From a bacterium (GTDB lineage: Bacteria; Acidobacteriota; Blastocatellia; HR10), in the NCBI GenBank assembly GCA_041640655.1, contig JBEPZV010000048.1, positions 1 to 17,731 on the forward strand: 17,731 bases of DNA. Reading direction: 5' to 3'. Each line of letters starts with the position of its first letter. The first letter of the stretch is position 1. Positions 7,714 through 15,587 of this stretch are shown here, one piece after another. The notes under the pieces are model-generated. The model was given only the letters and a program-made list of their open reading frames with translations. It was not told the origin of the DNA and did not search any database. Both the position numbers and the translations under genes were made by a program.

Positions 7714-8693
7714 TCTACAACTACGCGGGCATTCCAGCGCGAATTGCTGCGACGGGATCGTACCTGCCGGAGCGCGTGATCACGAACTCGGAGATTCTCG
7801 GACTCGAAGAATCCGATGGGCAGATTCGGCGACTCCTGGGAGCCGTAGAGCGTCGAGCGGTGAGCGAGGGGGAGGCGTGCTCGGACATCATCGTCAAAGC
7901 GGCGAGGCGGATTCTAGAGACGGCGCGCCTCTCGCCTGAGGATGTGGATCGCATTATTGTCAGCGCGACGCCGGGGGATTATCACGAACCCTCGACGGCC
8001 AGCGTCGTGCAATACAAGCTCGGGGCGTACTGCCCAGCCGTGGATATCGGCATGTCCTGCGTGGGGTGGGTGGCCGGGATGGATTACGCCCTGCGGTGTA
8101 TCGCGACCGGAGAGCGGCGTATCCTCGTCTTGGCCGGGACGATCGTCTCGCGCGGGAACCCCTTTCGCAATCCGATGCATCGGGCCATCTTCGGCGATGG
8201 CGCGGGCGGTGTCCTCCTGGAGGCGACGGATCGCGGGCGGTTCTTCTCCGGCGGGCTCTGGACCAAAGGCGAATACTATGATGTGATCACCATGCCGCAT
8301 GAGACCTCTCTGCATTCGCCCCGCATCCCCCCCGAATATCGGGGGAGTTTTTATATGGGGCGGCGGGAGATCATGTTCGACGTCTTACGCAACCATCTGG
8401 GGGCATGCATCGAGGGGGCGTTACATGTGGCTGGGATCTCCCGCGAGGAGATCACTGTGGCGTTCATCCATCAGCCGAGCAAGCCGCTGTTTGAGGAGGC
8501 CGCGCGAGCCTCGGGAATCCCGCGCGAGCGCATCATTCAGGATTATGAGCGGTACGGGAATACGATCTCGGCCGAGCTGCCGATCTCGCTCGACGAGAGC
8601 GTGCGAAACGGTCGTGTGAAGCGTGGGGATAAGATCCTGATGGTGACTTTCGGCGCGGGGTTCAATGCGGGGGTTCTGGTCTTCGAGTACTGA
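7710..8693 (+). CDS. FabH/KAS III-like thiolase-fold condensing enzyme or acyltransferase (divergent), 327 aa
   Basis: TGSYLPERVITN, FGDGAGG, triad Cys (GMSCVGW, 8058), His (FIHQPS, 8469), Asn (YGNTISA, 8559), C-terminal FGAGF. Start moved to ATG 7710 because AGGAGG lies at 7697-7702. Confidence 0.9.
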   Translation: MIYNYAGIPARIAATGSYLPERVITNSEILGLEESDGQIRRLLGAVERRAVSEGEACSDIIVKAARRILETARLSPEDVDRIIVSATPGDYHEPSTASVVQYKLGAYCPAVDIGMSCVGWVAGMDYALRCIATGERRILVLAGTIVSRGNPFRNPMHRAIFGDGAGGVLLEATDRGRFFSGGLWTKGEYYDVITMPHETSLHSPRIPPEYRGSFYMGRREIMFDVLRNHLGACIEGALHVAGISREEITVAFIHQPSKPLFEEAARASGIPRERIIQDYERYGNTISAELPISLDESVRNGRVKRGDKILMVTFGAGFNAGVLVFEY

Positions 8694-8857
8694 AGCCCTT
8701 CGAGAGAGCGTCCCGCGCTCGGTCTGTTCGGCCGTCCTCGGTCTCATCTCTGCTGCCGGCCGGACGCTCCGATGATCGCCAACATGCGCGTGGGGGAATC
8801 CTGCGCCGGTCTTGTGTTCGCGGTTCGGAGGCGTGCGGGGAGGGCTGCAGCCGGATC

Positions 8858-10147
8858 ATGAGAGGGCGAATTCTCTTCACTCCGGTCTCCACGGTTCTGG
8901 CGCATGCCGGACGCTCGGTGATGGTGGCGCGGGAACTCGGGCGGCGAGGCCATCAGGTCATCCTCGCGGGCGCGCCGCGCTTGCTTCGGGATCCGGCGCT
9001 TGAGGATCCGCAGCTCGAGTATGCGGAGCTTCCGGACATCCCCCCCGGCGAGGGATTGCAAATCCTGCGCTCCCTGTGGAAGCGGCCCGACCTGCGATGG
9101 CTTGAAACGCATGTGCGCGCTGAACTGGAGCTGCTCGATCGGGTGCGACCGGACATCGTCGTGGTGGATTTTCGGCTGACCATGTTTCTCTCGGCGCGAG
9201 TGCGGCGGGTGCCCGTCGTCTCCCTCTTAGGCGGGCGATGGCTCTATCCGTATGCGGCGAAACCCTATCGAGCCTTTCGGACCGCTCCCGCTTTCTGGGT
9301 CCGACGTCTATTGGGGAAGCGGATCGGCGACTTCGTGATCCCCCGAAGCTTCCGCTGGCTCTTGCGCTATAAGATCCGCCCCTATTGGCGCCTCTTCGCG
9401 CGCTACGGTGTGGACCCGGGGCGTGATCTGTGGGACCTTTTCCTCGGCGATCTGAATCTGATTCTGGACAGCGAACTGCTGGCTCCGATGCGACCGTTGC
9501 CGGAGAACTTCGTGCGCGTCGGGCCGATTCACTGGGAACCTGCCCTGCCTGAGCCCGAGTGGCTCGGCACGTGGACGGTCGCGCGGCCCGTCATCTACGT
9601 GACGCTCGGGAGTACGGGACATCCGCTCCTGTTCCGCCGATTGCTGGATGTCCTTGGTCGGACCCCCTATCGCATCATCCTGACGACGGGTGGGCAGATC
9701 ACTCTCGCGTCGAAGGAGGTCCCCGCGAACATGCGCGTCGAGACGTTCCTGCCCGGACGGCTCGTGATGGAGCGATCGGATCTGGTGATCTGTCATGGGG
9801 GAGCTGGAACGGTCTATCAAGCGATCGCGGCAGGAACGCCCTGCTTGATCATCGCCACGCACTTCGAGCAGGAGCTGCTCGGACAGGAGATCGAGGAGCA
9901 AGGGGCCGGACGATTGCTGACGCTCCCTGAGGTGCTCGCCGAGGAGACCACACTGCCGCGAACCTTGGCGGAGATGCTCGAGCATTATGCCGAATATGCC
10001 CGGAATATGCGCCGGTTGCAGCAGGCCCATTATGGGCTCGACGGTGTGCGGGCTGCCGCCGACGCCATCGAAGCGTTCTTGAGCCAGAGGCTCACCGCGC
10101 TGGCGCTCGTTCATGCCGGACATGCTGCCCGGACAACGGAGAGATGA
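8858..10147 (+). CDS. GT-B fold family 1 (MGT/UGT-like) glycosyltransferase, resembling PGL/p-HBAD glycosyltransferases
   Basis: N-terminal ILF...LAHAGR with catalytic His, RPDIVVVDFR, RPVIYVTLGSTG, donor-binding box FLPG...DLVICHGGAGTVYQAIAAGTP...HFEQ. Confidence 0.88.
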   Translation: MRGRILFTPVSTVLAHAGRSVMVARELGRRGHQVILAGAPRLLRDPALEDPQLEYAELPDIPPGEGLQILRSLWKRPDLRWLETHVRAELELLDRVRPDIVVVDFRLTMFLSARVRRVPVVSLLGGRWLYPYAAKPYRAFRTAPAFWVRRLLGKRIGDFVIPRSFRWLLRYKIRPYWRLFARYGVDPGRDLWDLFLGDLNLILDSELLAPMRPLPENFVRVGPIHWEPALPEPEWLGTWTVARPVIYVTLGSTGHPLLFRRLLDVLGRTPYRIILTTGGQITLASKEVPANMRVETFLPGRLVMERSDLVICHGGAGTVYQAIAAGTPCLIIATHFEQELLGQEIEEQGAGRLLTLPEVLAEETTLPRTLAEMLEHYAEYARNMRRLQQAHYGLDGVRAAADAIEAFLSQRLTALALVHAGHAARTTER

Positions 10148-11430
10148 CGATGATGGAGATCCTCATGTGGGGAATCGCGCTCTTCTGGTTCGTGCTCCTG
10201 TGGAGTGTCCTGCTTCTCCACCGCTATCGGATGCTGCTCCGTCCACTTGAACGGACGTCGGAACCTGGTGAGGTCTCATCCGAATGGCCGCTGGTCTCCG
10301 TCCTGGTTCCCGCTCGGAATGAGGAACATCGCATCCTGCGAGAAGCTCTGGGTTCGATCCTGCGGCAGGATTATCCGGATGTGGAAGTCCTGGTCGTCAA
10401 CGATCGCTCGACGGATCGGACGTCGGAGATCCTTCGGGAGATCGCGTGCGAGGATGCCCGGATGCAGGTGATCGAGGGTGAGGAACCGCCGCCTGGATGG
10501 TTAGGCAAGCCCTTCGCCTTGCATCAAGCGTCCCTCAAGGCGCGCGGGGAATGGCTCTTGGCGGTAGATGCCGATGTGCTTCTGCATCCGGCAGCACTTC
10601 GCGCGGCTTTGCAGTTCGCTCGGGAACGAGAGCTGGATGCCCTCTCGCTGTTGCCGCGATTCGAGTACGTGAGTTTTTGGGATCGCGTCATTGAGCCTCA
10701 GGCGCTGAATCTCCTGCGCCTGGGCATGCTCGTGGCCGCGTGGAAGGAGCGGACGCGACGAGAGAGGCCGGGGCGGCGCGCGCGTTCCGTTGAGACGCGA
10801 CATCCCCTGGCGCTTCTGAACGCCTATGTGGGCGATCGCGCCTTCACGATCGGCGCTTTCACGCTCGTGCGGCGGGAAGCGCTGGAGGGCATCGGGGGGT
10901 ACGCGTCGATTCGCGGAGAAGTCCTGGATGAGACGATTCTGGGCGTGCGGCTTCGGCAGCACGGTTATCGCGTGGCGGCTGTGGACGGCACGCTCCTTAT
11001 TCGCACGCCGGCTCGTGGGACATTACGGGAGCTGTGGGAGGCGTATAGCCGCTCGATCTGCGCGGCCATGGGAGGACATTGGCTTCGCGCTCTCGTGGGA
11101 GGGGGCGCGCTCCTTTTGCTCGCGGTCTCTCCCCCATTCGTCGCGCTGTGGGGCGTATGGCGGGGCGCATGGTCCCTCGCGATCCCGGCTGTCGTCGCCT
11201 ACGGGGCGATGAGCCTGCTCAGTGCGCGATTGAGCGAGGGGGACGGAACGCCCAGAGGGTATGGGCTGCTCGCCTTCCTCGGCTATGCCGTCTTCGCGCT
11301 CATCGCGCTCACAGCGCCGTGGCGCCTTCGCTTCGGCCGAGGCGTCATGTGGCGCGGGCGATGCGTCTGTGGCGCGCGCTCAAAGATCCAGGAGGCATTC
11401 GCGATGGCGGAGCATCCCGGCGATGTATAG
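10144..11430 (+). CDS. Membrane-anchored family 2 glycosyltransferase, CrtQ/CruC/HpnB-like
   Basis: N-terminal TM helix, VSVLVPARNEE, VVNDRSTDRT, PPGWLGKPFAL, VDAD (DxD), several C-terminal hydrophobic helices; ATGA overlap with the GT1 gene. Confidence 0.88.
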   Translation: MTMMEILMWGIALFWFVLLWSVLLLHRYRMLLRPLERTSEPGEVSSEWPLVSVLVPARNEEHRILREALGSILRQDYPDVEVLVVNDRSTDRTSEILREIACEDARMQVIEGEEPPPGWLGKPFALHQASLKARGEWLLAVDADVLLHPAALRAALQFARERELDALSLLPRFEYVSFWDRVIEPQALNLLRLGMLVAAWKERTRRERPGRRARSVETRHPLALLNAYVGDRAFTIGAFTLVRREALEGIGGYASIRGEVLDETILGVRLRQHGYRVAAVDGTLLIRTPARGTLRELWEAYSRSICAAMGGHWLRALVGGGALLLLAVSPPFVALWGVWRGAWSLAIPAVVAYGAMSLLSARLSEGDGTPRGYGLLAFLGYAVFALIALTAPWRLRFGRGVMWRGRCVCGARSKIQEAFAMAEHPGDV

Positions 11431-12046
11431 GGGGGATCAAGCGACGACCAGTCGAGCCTACTTCGAGTATCTCACAGGAGCCGGGTATCCGCGCTGGCTC
11501 GTACGCCTGGTCTTCGCCCTGTTGGAGCGCTCGTTCCGACCGCATCGGCGGGAATTTCAGGGGCGCGTTCTGGACGTGGGGTGCGGGATCGGGCACTTCT
11601 TCCGCGTCTATCCGGATGCCATCGGCGTGGATCATAACTTCTACTGCGTGCGCTATTGCGTCGAGCGGGGGTATCGGTGCGTCCAGGGCGATCTCTATCA
11701 TCTCCCCTTTCCGGCGGAATCCTTCGACGGCGTCTTGCTCTGTCATGTGCTCGAGCACCTGGAGGCGCCGGAGGCGGCGCTCGATGAGGTTCGGCGCGTC
11801 CTCAAGCCGGGCGGCATCGTGAGCATTCGCGTGCCGACGGCGACAGGCTTCAAGGTGGATCGCACGCATCGGACGTTCTTCGATTATCCGCGCCTTGTGC
11901 ACGTGCTCATGCCGCGTGGCTTCTCGATCGTCGCCAAGCGCTATTATCCCATCCCGTGGCGCGCGCTCGGGGAGTTGATCGTGTACAACGAGCTGCGCGT
12001 CCTCGCCGTCAAAAAGGCGGGGGAATTCCGGAAGGGATCCACATGA
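11423..12046 (+). CDS. Class I SAM-dependent methyltransferase (Methyltransf_11/23-like), about 207 aa
   Basis: VLDVGCGIG, LPFPAESFDGV, HVLEHL, RVLKPGG. Start moved to ATG 11423, which overlaps the GT2 stop by 8 nt. Confidence 0.88.
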   Translation: MYRGDQATTSRAYFEYLTGAGYPRWLVRLVFALLERSFRPHRREFQGRVLDVGCGIGHFFRVYPDAIGVDHNFYCVRYCVERGYRCVQGDLYHLPFPAESFDGVLLCHVLEHLEAPEAALDEVRRVLKPGGIVSIRVPTATGFKVDRTHRTFFDYPRLVHVLMPRGFSIVAKRYYPIPWRALGELIVYNELRVLAVKKAGEFRKGST

Positions 12047-12960
12047 GGGACCGAAGTCCGCTCTCGCGGTTCATCGAGGCGCATCCGCCATGGTCTCGTA
12101 TCGCGCGCGCGCTGCGCATCGCCTCAGCTGTTCTCGGCGCGCTTCGCGAGTGTCAGCTCGTCCTCCTGGATGCGCGCGTGCAGCCGATGCCGCGCTATGG
12201 CTATGGCCGGCCGCCGCACGCGCAGCTCTATGAGCGGCTCGATCGAGGCCGGGCGAGATATCGAGAGCTGCTCACCGGCTTCCTGAGCTTTCAAGAGGCG
12301 CTGCTGAAGATTCCACTTCTCAGCTTCGACGCGCGCGAGCCCTGTTGGGGAGGGGGCAATCTCTGGATCCCAGGGCTCGATGCGATCAGCCTCTACGGGC
12401 TCATCCGCCTGTACGCCCCTCGCCGATATGTCGAGATCGGATCCGGATATTCGACGCGCTTCGCCCATCGGGCGATTCGGGACGGGGGCCTCTCGACCGA
12501 GATCATCTCCATAGACCCGCGCCCTCGGGCGGAGGTGGCCGCGCTCTGCGATCGCGCGATTTGCCGCCGTCTGGAGGATCTGGATCTTCGGCTCTTCGAC
12601 GAGTTGGAGGCCGGGGATATTCTCTTCGTGGACGGTTCCCATCGGTGCTTTATGAACTCGGATGTGACGGTCGCCTTCTTAGAGGTGCTGCCCCGGTTGA
12701 AGCCAGGCGTTCTCGTGCAGTTCCACGACGTCTTCCTCCCGTACGACTATCCGCCGCAGTGGGGAAGGCGGTACTATTCGGAACAATATCTGTTGGCCGC
12801 GCAATTGCTCACGGACGCGCCGGGCTTTGACGTCCTTCTCCCCAATGCCTTCATCAGCCGGGATCCGGAGCTGTCGCGGGTGTTGGATCCGCTCTGGGAA
12901 CATCTGCCCTGGAAGGAGGTGAATCGAAATGGGGCATCGTTCTGGATTCGAATCGAGTGA
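12043..12960 (+). CDS. Class I SAM-dependent methyltransferase (Methyltransf_24-like), about 305 aa
   Basis: YVEIGSGYST, ISIDP, ILFVDGSH, LPRLKPGVLVQFHDVFLPYDYP, YSEQYLL. Start moved to ATG 12043 (ATGA overlap). Confidence 0.82.
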   Translation: MRDRSPLSRFIEAHPPWSRIARALRIASAVLGALRECQLVLLDARVQPMPRYGYGRPPHAQLYERLDRGRARYRELLTGFLSFQEALLKIPLLSFDAREPCWGGGNLWIPGLDAISLYGLIRLYAPRRYVEIGSGYSTRFAHRAIRDGGLSTEIISIDPRPRAEVAALCDRAICRRLEDLDLRLFDELEAGDILFVDGSHRCFMNSDVTVAFLEVLPRLKPGVLVQFHDVFLPYDYPPQWGRRYYSEQYLLAAQLLTDAPGFDVLLPNAFISRDPELSRVLDPLWEHLPWKEVNRNGASFWIRIE

Positions 12961-13822
12961 GCGCGCGTGTGGCGTCGCCGATCCGCACTTGTCCATTGAG
13001 CCGGTCCGAACGTTGAGACCACCCGTCATTCTGGTCGGCATGCATCGTTCCGGCACATCGTTGCTGACGGCCGTGCTTCGCGAGTTCGGGTTGATCACGG
13101 GCTTCAGTCTCAACAATGAGGAATCGGCCTTCTTCCATCGGCTGAACCTGTACATCGAGAGAGCGACGGGAGGACGATGGGATGATCCCGAGCCCATCGC
13201 GCGCGCTCACGCGGACGCGCACCTGCTTCGGCAGATTGTGCGCCACTTGAAGAAGGCGGTGACGAGCTCGAAGATCATCCTCTACTTGGGTGTGCGCCTC
13301 TTTTGGCGCTATCGTTCCCTTGAGCGCGTCGATCAACCGTGGGGGTGGAAGGATCCGCGCAACACGTTCACCTTCGACCTCTGGCGACGAGTGTTCCCTC
13401 ACGCGCGCGTCATTCACATCTACCGTCACGGTGTAGATGTCGCCGCGAGTCTGCGGGCGCGCGAAGTGAACTCTCGGGTGCAGGCCCTCTCTCACTATGC
13501 CTCGATGCGATGCCGCACGTTATCCGGGGCTTTCGGGTTGTGGCGCGCCTATGTGGAGAAGGCGTTCTCGCTTCAGCCCGAGGATGGCGAGCGCGCCATT
13601 CGGCACGTGCGGTATGAAGACTTCCTGGCCTCGCCGGAGCAAACGGTGCGGACGCTGCTCGACTTCTGCGAGCTCCCCGTGCGTCCCGATGTCTTGCGCC
13701 GGATCACGGCGCGGCTCAAGCCACTGCGAGCGTTCGCCTTTCGGCGTGATCCCGAACTGCGCGCGTTTTATGAGGAAGTCAGGGATGATCCGTGGATGAT
13801 CCGTCTGGGATATTCGGACTAG
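12929..13822 (+). CDS. PAPS-dependent sulfotransferase family protein (Sulfotransfer_3-like)
   Basis: 5'-PSB loop LVGMHRSGTS, WGWKDPR, 3'-PB motif HIYRHGVDVAASL, VRYEDF; AAGGAGGTGA at 12913-12922 supports ATG 12929. Confidence 0.88.
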   Translation: MGHRSGFESSERACGVADPHLSIEPVRTLRPPVILVGMHRSGTSLLTAVLREFGLITGFSLNNEESAFFHRLNLYIERATGGRWDDPEPIARAHADAHLLRQIVRHLKKAVTSSKIILYLGVRLFWRYRSLERVDQPWGWKDPRNTFTFDLWRRVFPHARVIHIYRHGVDVAASLRAREVNSRVQALSHYASMRCRTLSGAFGLWRAYVEKAFSLQPEDGERAIRHVRYEDFLASPEQTVRTLLDFCELPVRPDVLRRITARLKPLRAFAFRRDPELRAFYEEVRDDPWMIRLGYSD

Positions 13823-13825
13823 CGT

Positions 13826-14749
13826 ATGGCGCGCCATTTGTGCACCATTGTCGCTTCGATGTACAATGCTCGACCCGAGGTCCTGGAGGTGATCGAGCGG
13901 CTCTTTCTGCCGAGCCTGATTCGCAATGCGTCTTCGGACCTGCAGTTCGTCCTGCTCGACGATGCCTCTCCGCTTCGGGAGCAGACCGAACGCGTGGTCG
14001 CGCGATTCGCTCCCGAGCTGCGGGCCGCGTTCGGCGATTTTCAGTTCGTGCGGAATCCCCGAAATTTGGGATTCGCCGGAAGCTACAATCGCGGGATGCG
14101 GCGGGCTGAAGGAGAACACGTCGTGCTGCTCAACGATGACGTGTACCTCCCGCGAGGCTCCCTGCAGCGCCTGCTGGAGGTCCTGCGGAACGAGCCCGGA
14201 GCCGGGCTTGTCGGACCGGTGACGAATTGGGTCTGCGGATATCAGAACACGCGTCTCTTCCCCCGTCTGAGAGATTTCTCTCCGTCGGAGCTGGAGCGGA
14301 TTGAACGCTTCGCCCAACGGTTGAGACGATGCGTGGGATGGTGCGTGATCCCCGTCCCTCGGCTCATCGGATTTTGCCTCGTCATTTCGGGGGACCTCAT
14401 TCGGGACATCGGATACCTGGATGAGTCCTTCGCGCACGGCCTCTATGAGGATGACGACTACTGCCTGCGGGCGCGAAAAGCCGGGTATCGGATTCTCCTG
14501 GATGCGTCGACCTTCGTCGAGCATGGCGGGCCGCGCGGTGGGGGCATGTCGTTTCGGCAGCAGTTCCTGAAGACGCTGGCGGCGGCTTTCGCCAATGGCG
14601 CGCGCCTGGCGAGGAAACATGATCTCCCCCTTTCGGCTCTGGTCCGGCAGAGCATTGAGGGGTTCGTGCAATTCTTCCTCGACTGGAACACGGTCACCGC
14701 GCGGTTGAGGCCGTATTGGGCGAACGAGATGGAGGACGCCGATGCATGA
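13826..14749 (+). CDS. Soluble family 2 glycosyltransferase (GT2-like c / rhamnosyltransferase-like group)
   Basis: LLDDAS, NLGFAGSYNRG, VLLNDD, VGPVTN, IGFCL, IGYLDESF, YEDDDYCLRA, FVEH. Confidence 0.88.
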   Translation: MARHLCTIVASMYNARPEVLEVIERLFLPSLIRNASSDLQFVLLDDASPLREQTERVVARFAPELRAAFGDFQFVRNPRNLGFAGSYNRGMRRAEGEHVVLLNDDVYLPRGSLQRLLEVLRNEPGAGLVGPVTNWVCGYQNTRLFPRLRDFSPSELERIERFAQRLRRCVGWCVIPVPRLIGFCLVISGDLIRDIGYLDESFAHGLYEDDDYCLRARKAGYRILLDASTFVEHGGPRGGGMSFRQQFLKTLAAAFANGARLARKHDLPLSALVRQSIEGFVQFFLDWNTVTARLRPYWANEMEDADA

Positions 14750-15587
14750 GCGCGATGTGATCCTCACAGGGATCCCTCGATCGGGTACGACGCTCGCCTG
14801 TTGGTTGTTGAACCAGGTCTCGGACGTCGTCGCCTTGGTCGAGCCGTGGGTCGGGGGACGGTTTTGGCTGGGGCGTTGGAATCCGGAGCACGCGTGCCGT
14901 AGCCTGAGCCGATTTTTCGAGAGCGCGCGCCGACAGATCATTCGGCGCCGGTCGGCTCCATCTTGTCATATCAACGGTCACATCCCGACGAATCTGGTGG
15001 AGGAACGACGCGCTGACCGACCAAGGCGGCCGATCGCCCGCCTGGGGAGGGTTCGCATCGAGAAACCCCTCTCCCCGTCATTCTGGCTCATCGTCAAGCG
15101 TCCCGCTCCTTTCACGGCGCTTTTGGATCAGCTCGCGCCCCGTTTCCCCACGTATGCCATCGTTCGCCATCCCCTGGCCGTCTTAGCTTCCTGGAATTCG
15201 GTCTCCCTCCCCATGTCGGAAGGGCGCGTGCCTGCTGCCGAGTGGTTTGATCCTTCGCTCAGGCGAGCGCTCTCTCGCCTTCAGGATCGGTGGGATCGGC
15301 AAGTGTATCTGCTCGGGTGGTTCTTCGAGACCTATCGGCGCATTCTCCCATCGGAGGCCATCTTGCGCTACGAGGACATCGTCGCTTCCGGTGGGCGAGC
15401 GCTCCGCGCGATTGTTCCCGAAGCGGCTGCGCTCAACATCCCGTTGGCGAATCGGAACGCGAGCCCCTTGTATGATGCGACGCTCATGCGGGCGCTCGCC
15501 GAGCGGTTGCTTCGGACCGATGGCTCGTATTGGCATTTCTACTCGCGGGAGAGCGTGGAGCAGTTGATCCAGGAGATGAGCCGGTGA
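14742..15587 (+). CDS. Second sulfotransferase family protein
   Basis: 5'-PSB loop LTGIPRSGTTL, LVEP, 3'-PB motif IVRHPLAVLASW, LRYEDIV; GGAGG upstream; 8-nt overlap with the GT2 gene. Confidence 0.82.
   Translation: MHERDVILTGIPRSGTTLACWLLNQVSDVVALVEPWVGGRFWLGRWNPEHACRSLSRFFESARRQIIRRRSAPSCHINGHIPTNLVEERRADRPRRPIARLGRVRIEKPLSPSFWLIVKRPAPFTALLDQLAPRFPTYAIVRHPLAVLASWNSVSLPMSEGRVPAAEWFDPSLRRALSRLQDRWDRQVYLLGWFFETYRRILPSEAILRYEDIVASGGRALRAIVPEAAALNIPLANRNASPLYDATLMRALAERLLRTDGSYWHFYSRESVEQLIQEMSR

Noticed and set aside
7710..8693. Assigning the symbol fabH
   Set aside because: Triad is present but several canonical FabH motifs and the fab gene context are missing.
8759..8916. 11-bp direct repeat GCCGGACGCTC at 8759-8769 and 8906-8916
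   Set aside because: Short, GC-rich, one copy inside coding sequence; compatible with chance and not flanking any element.
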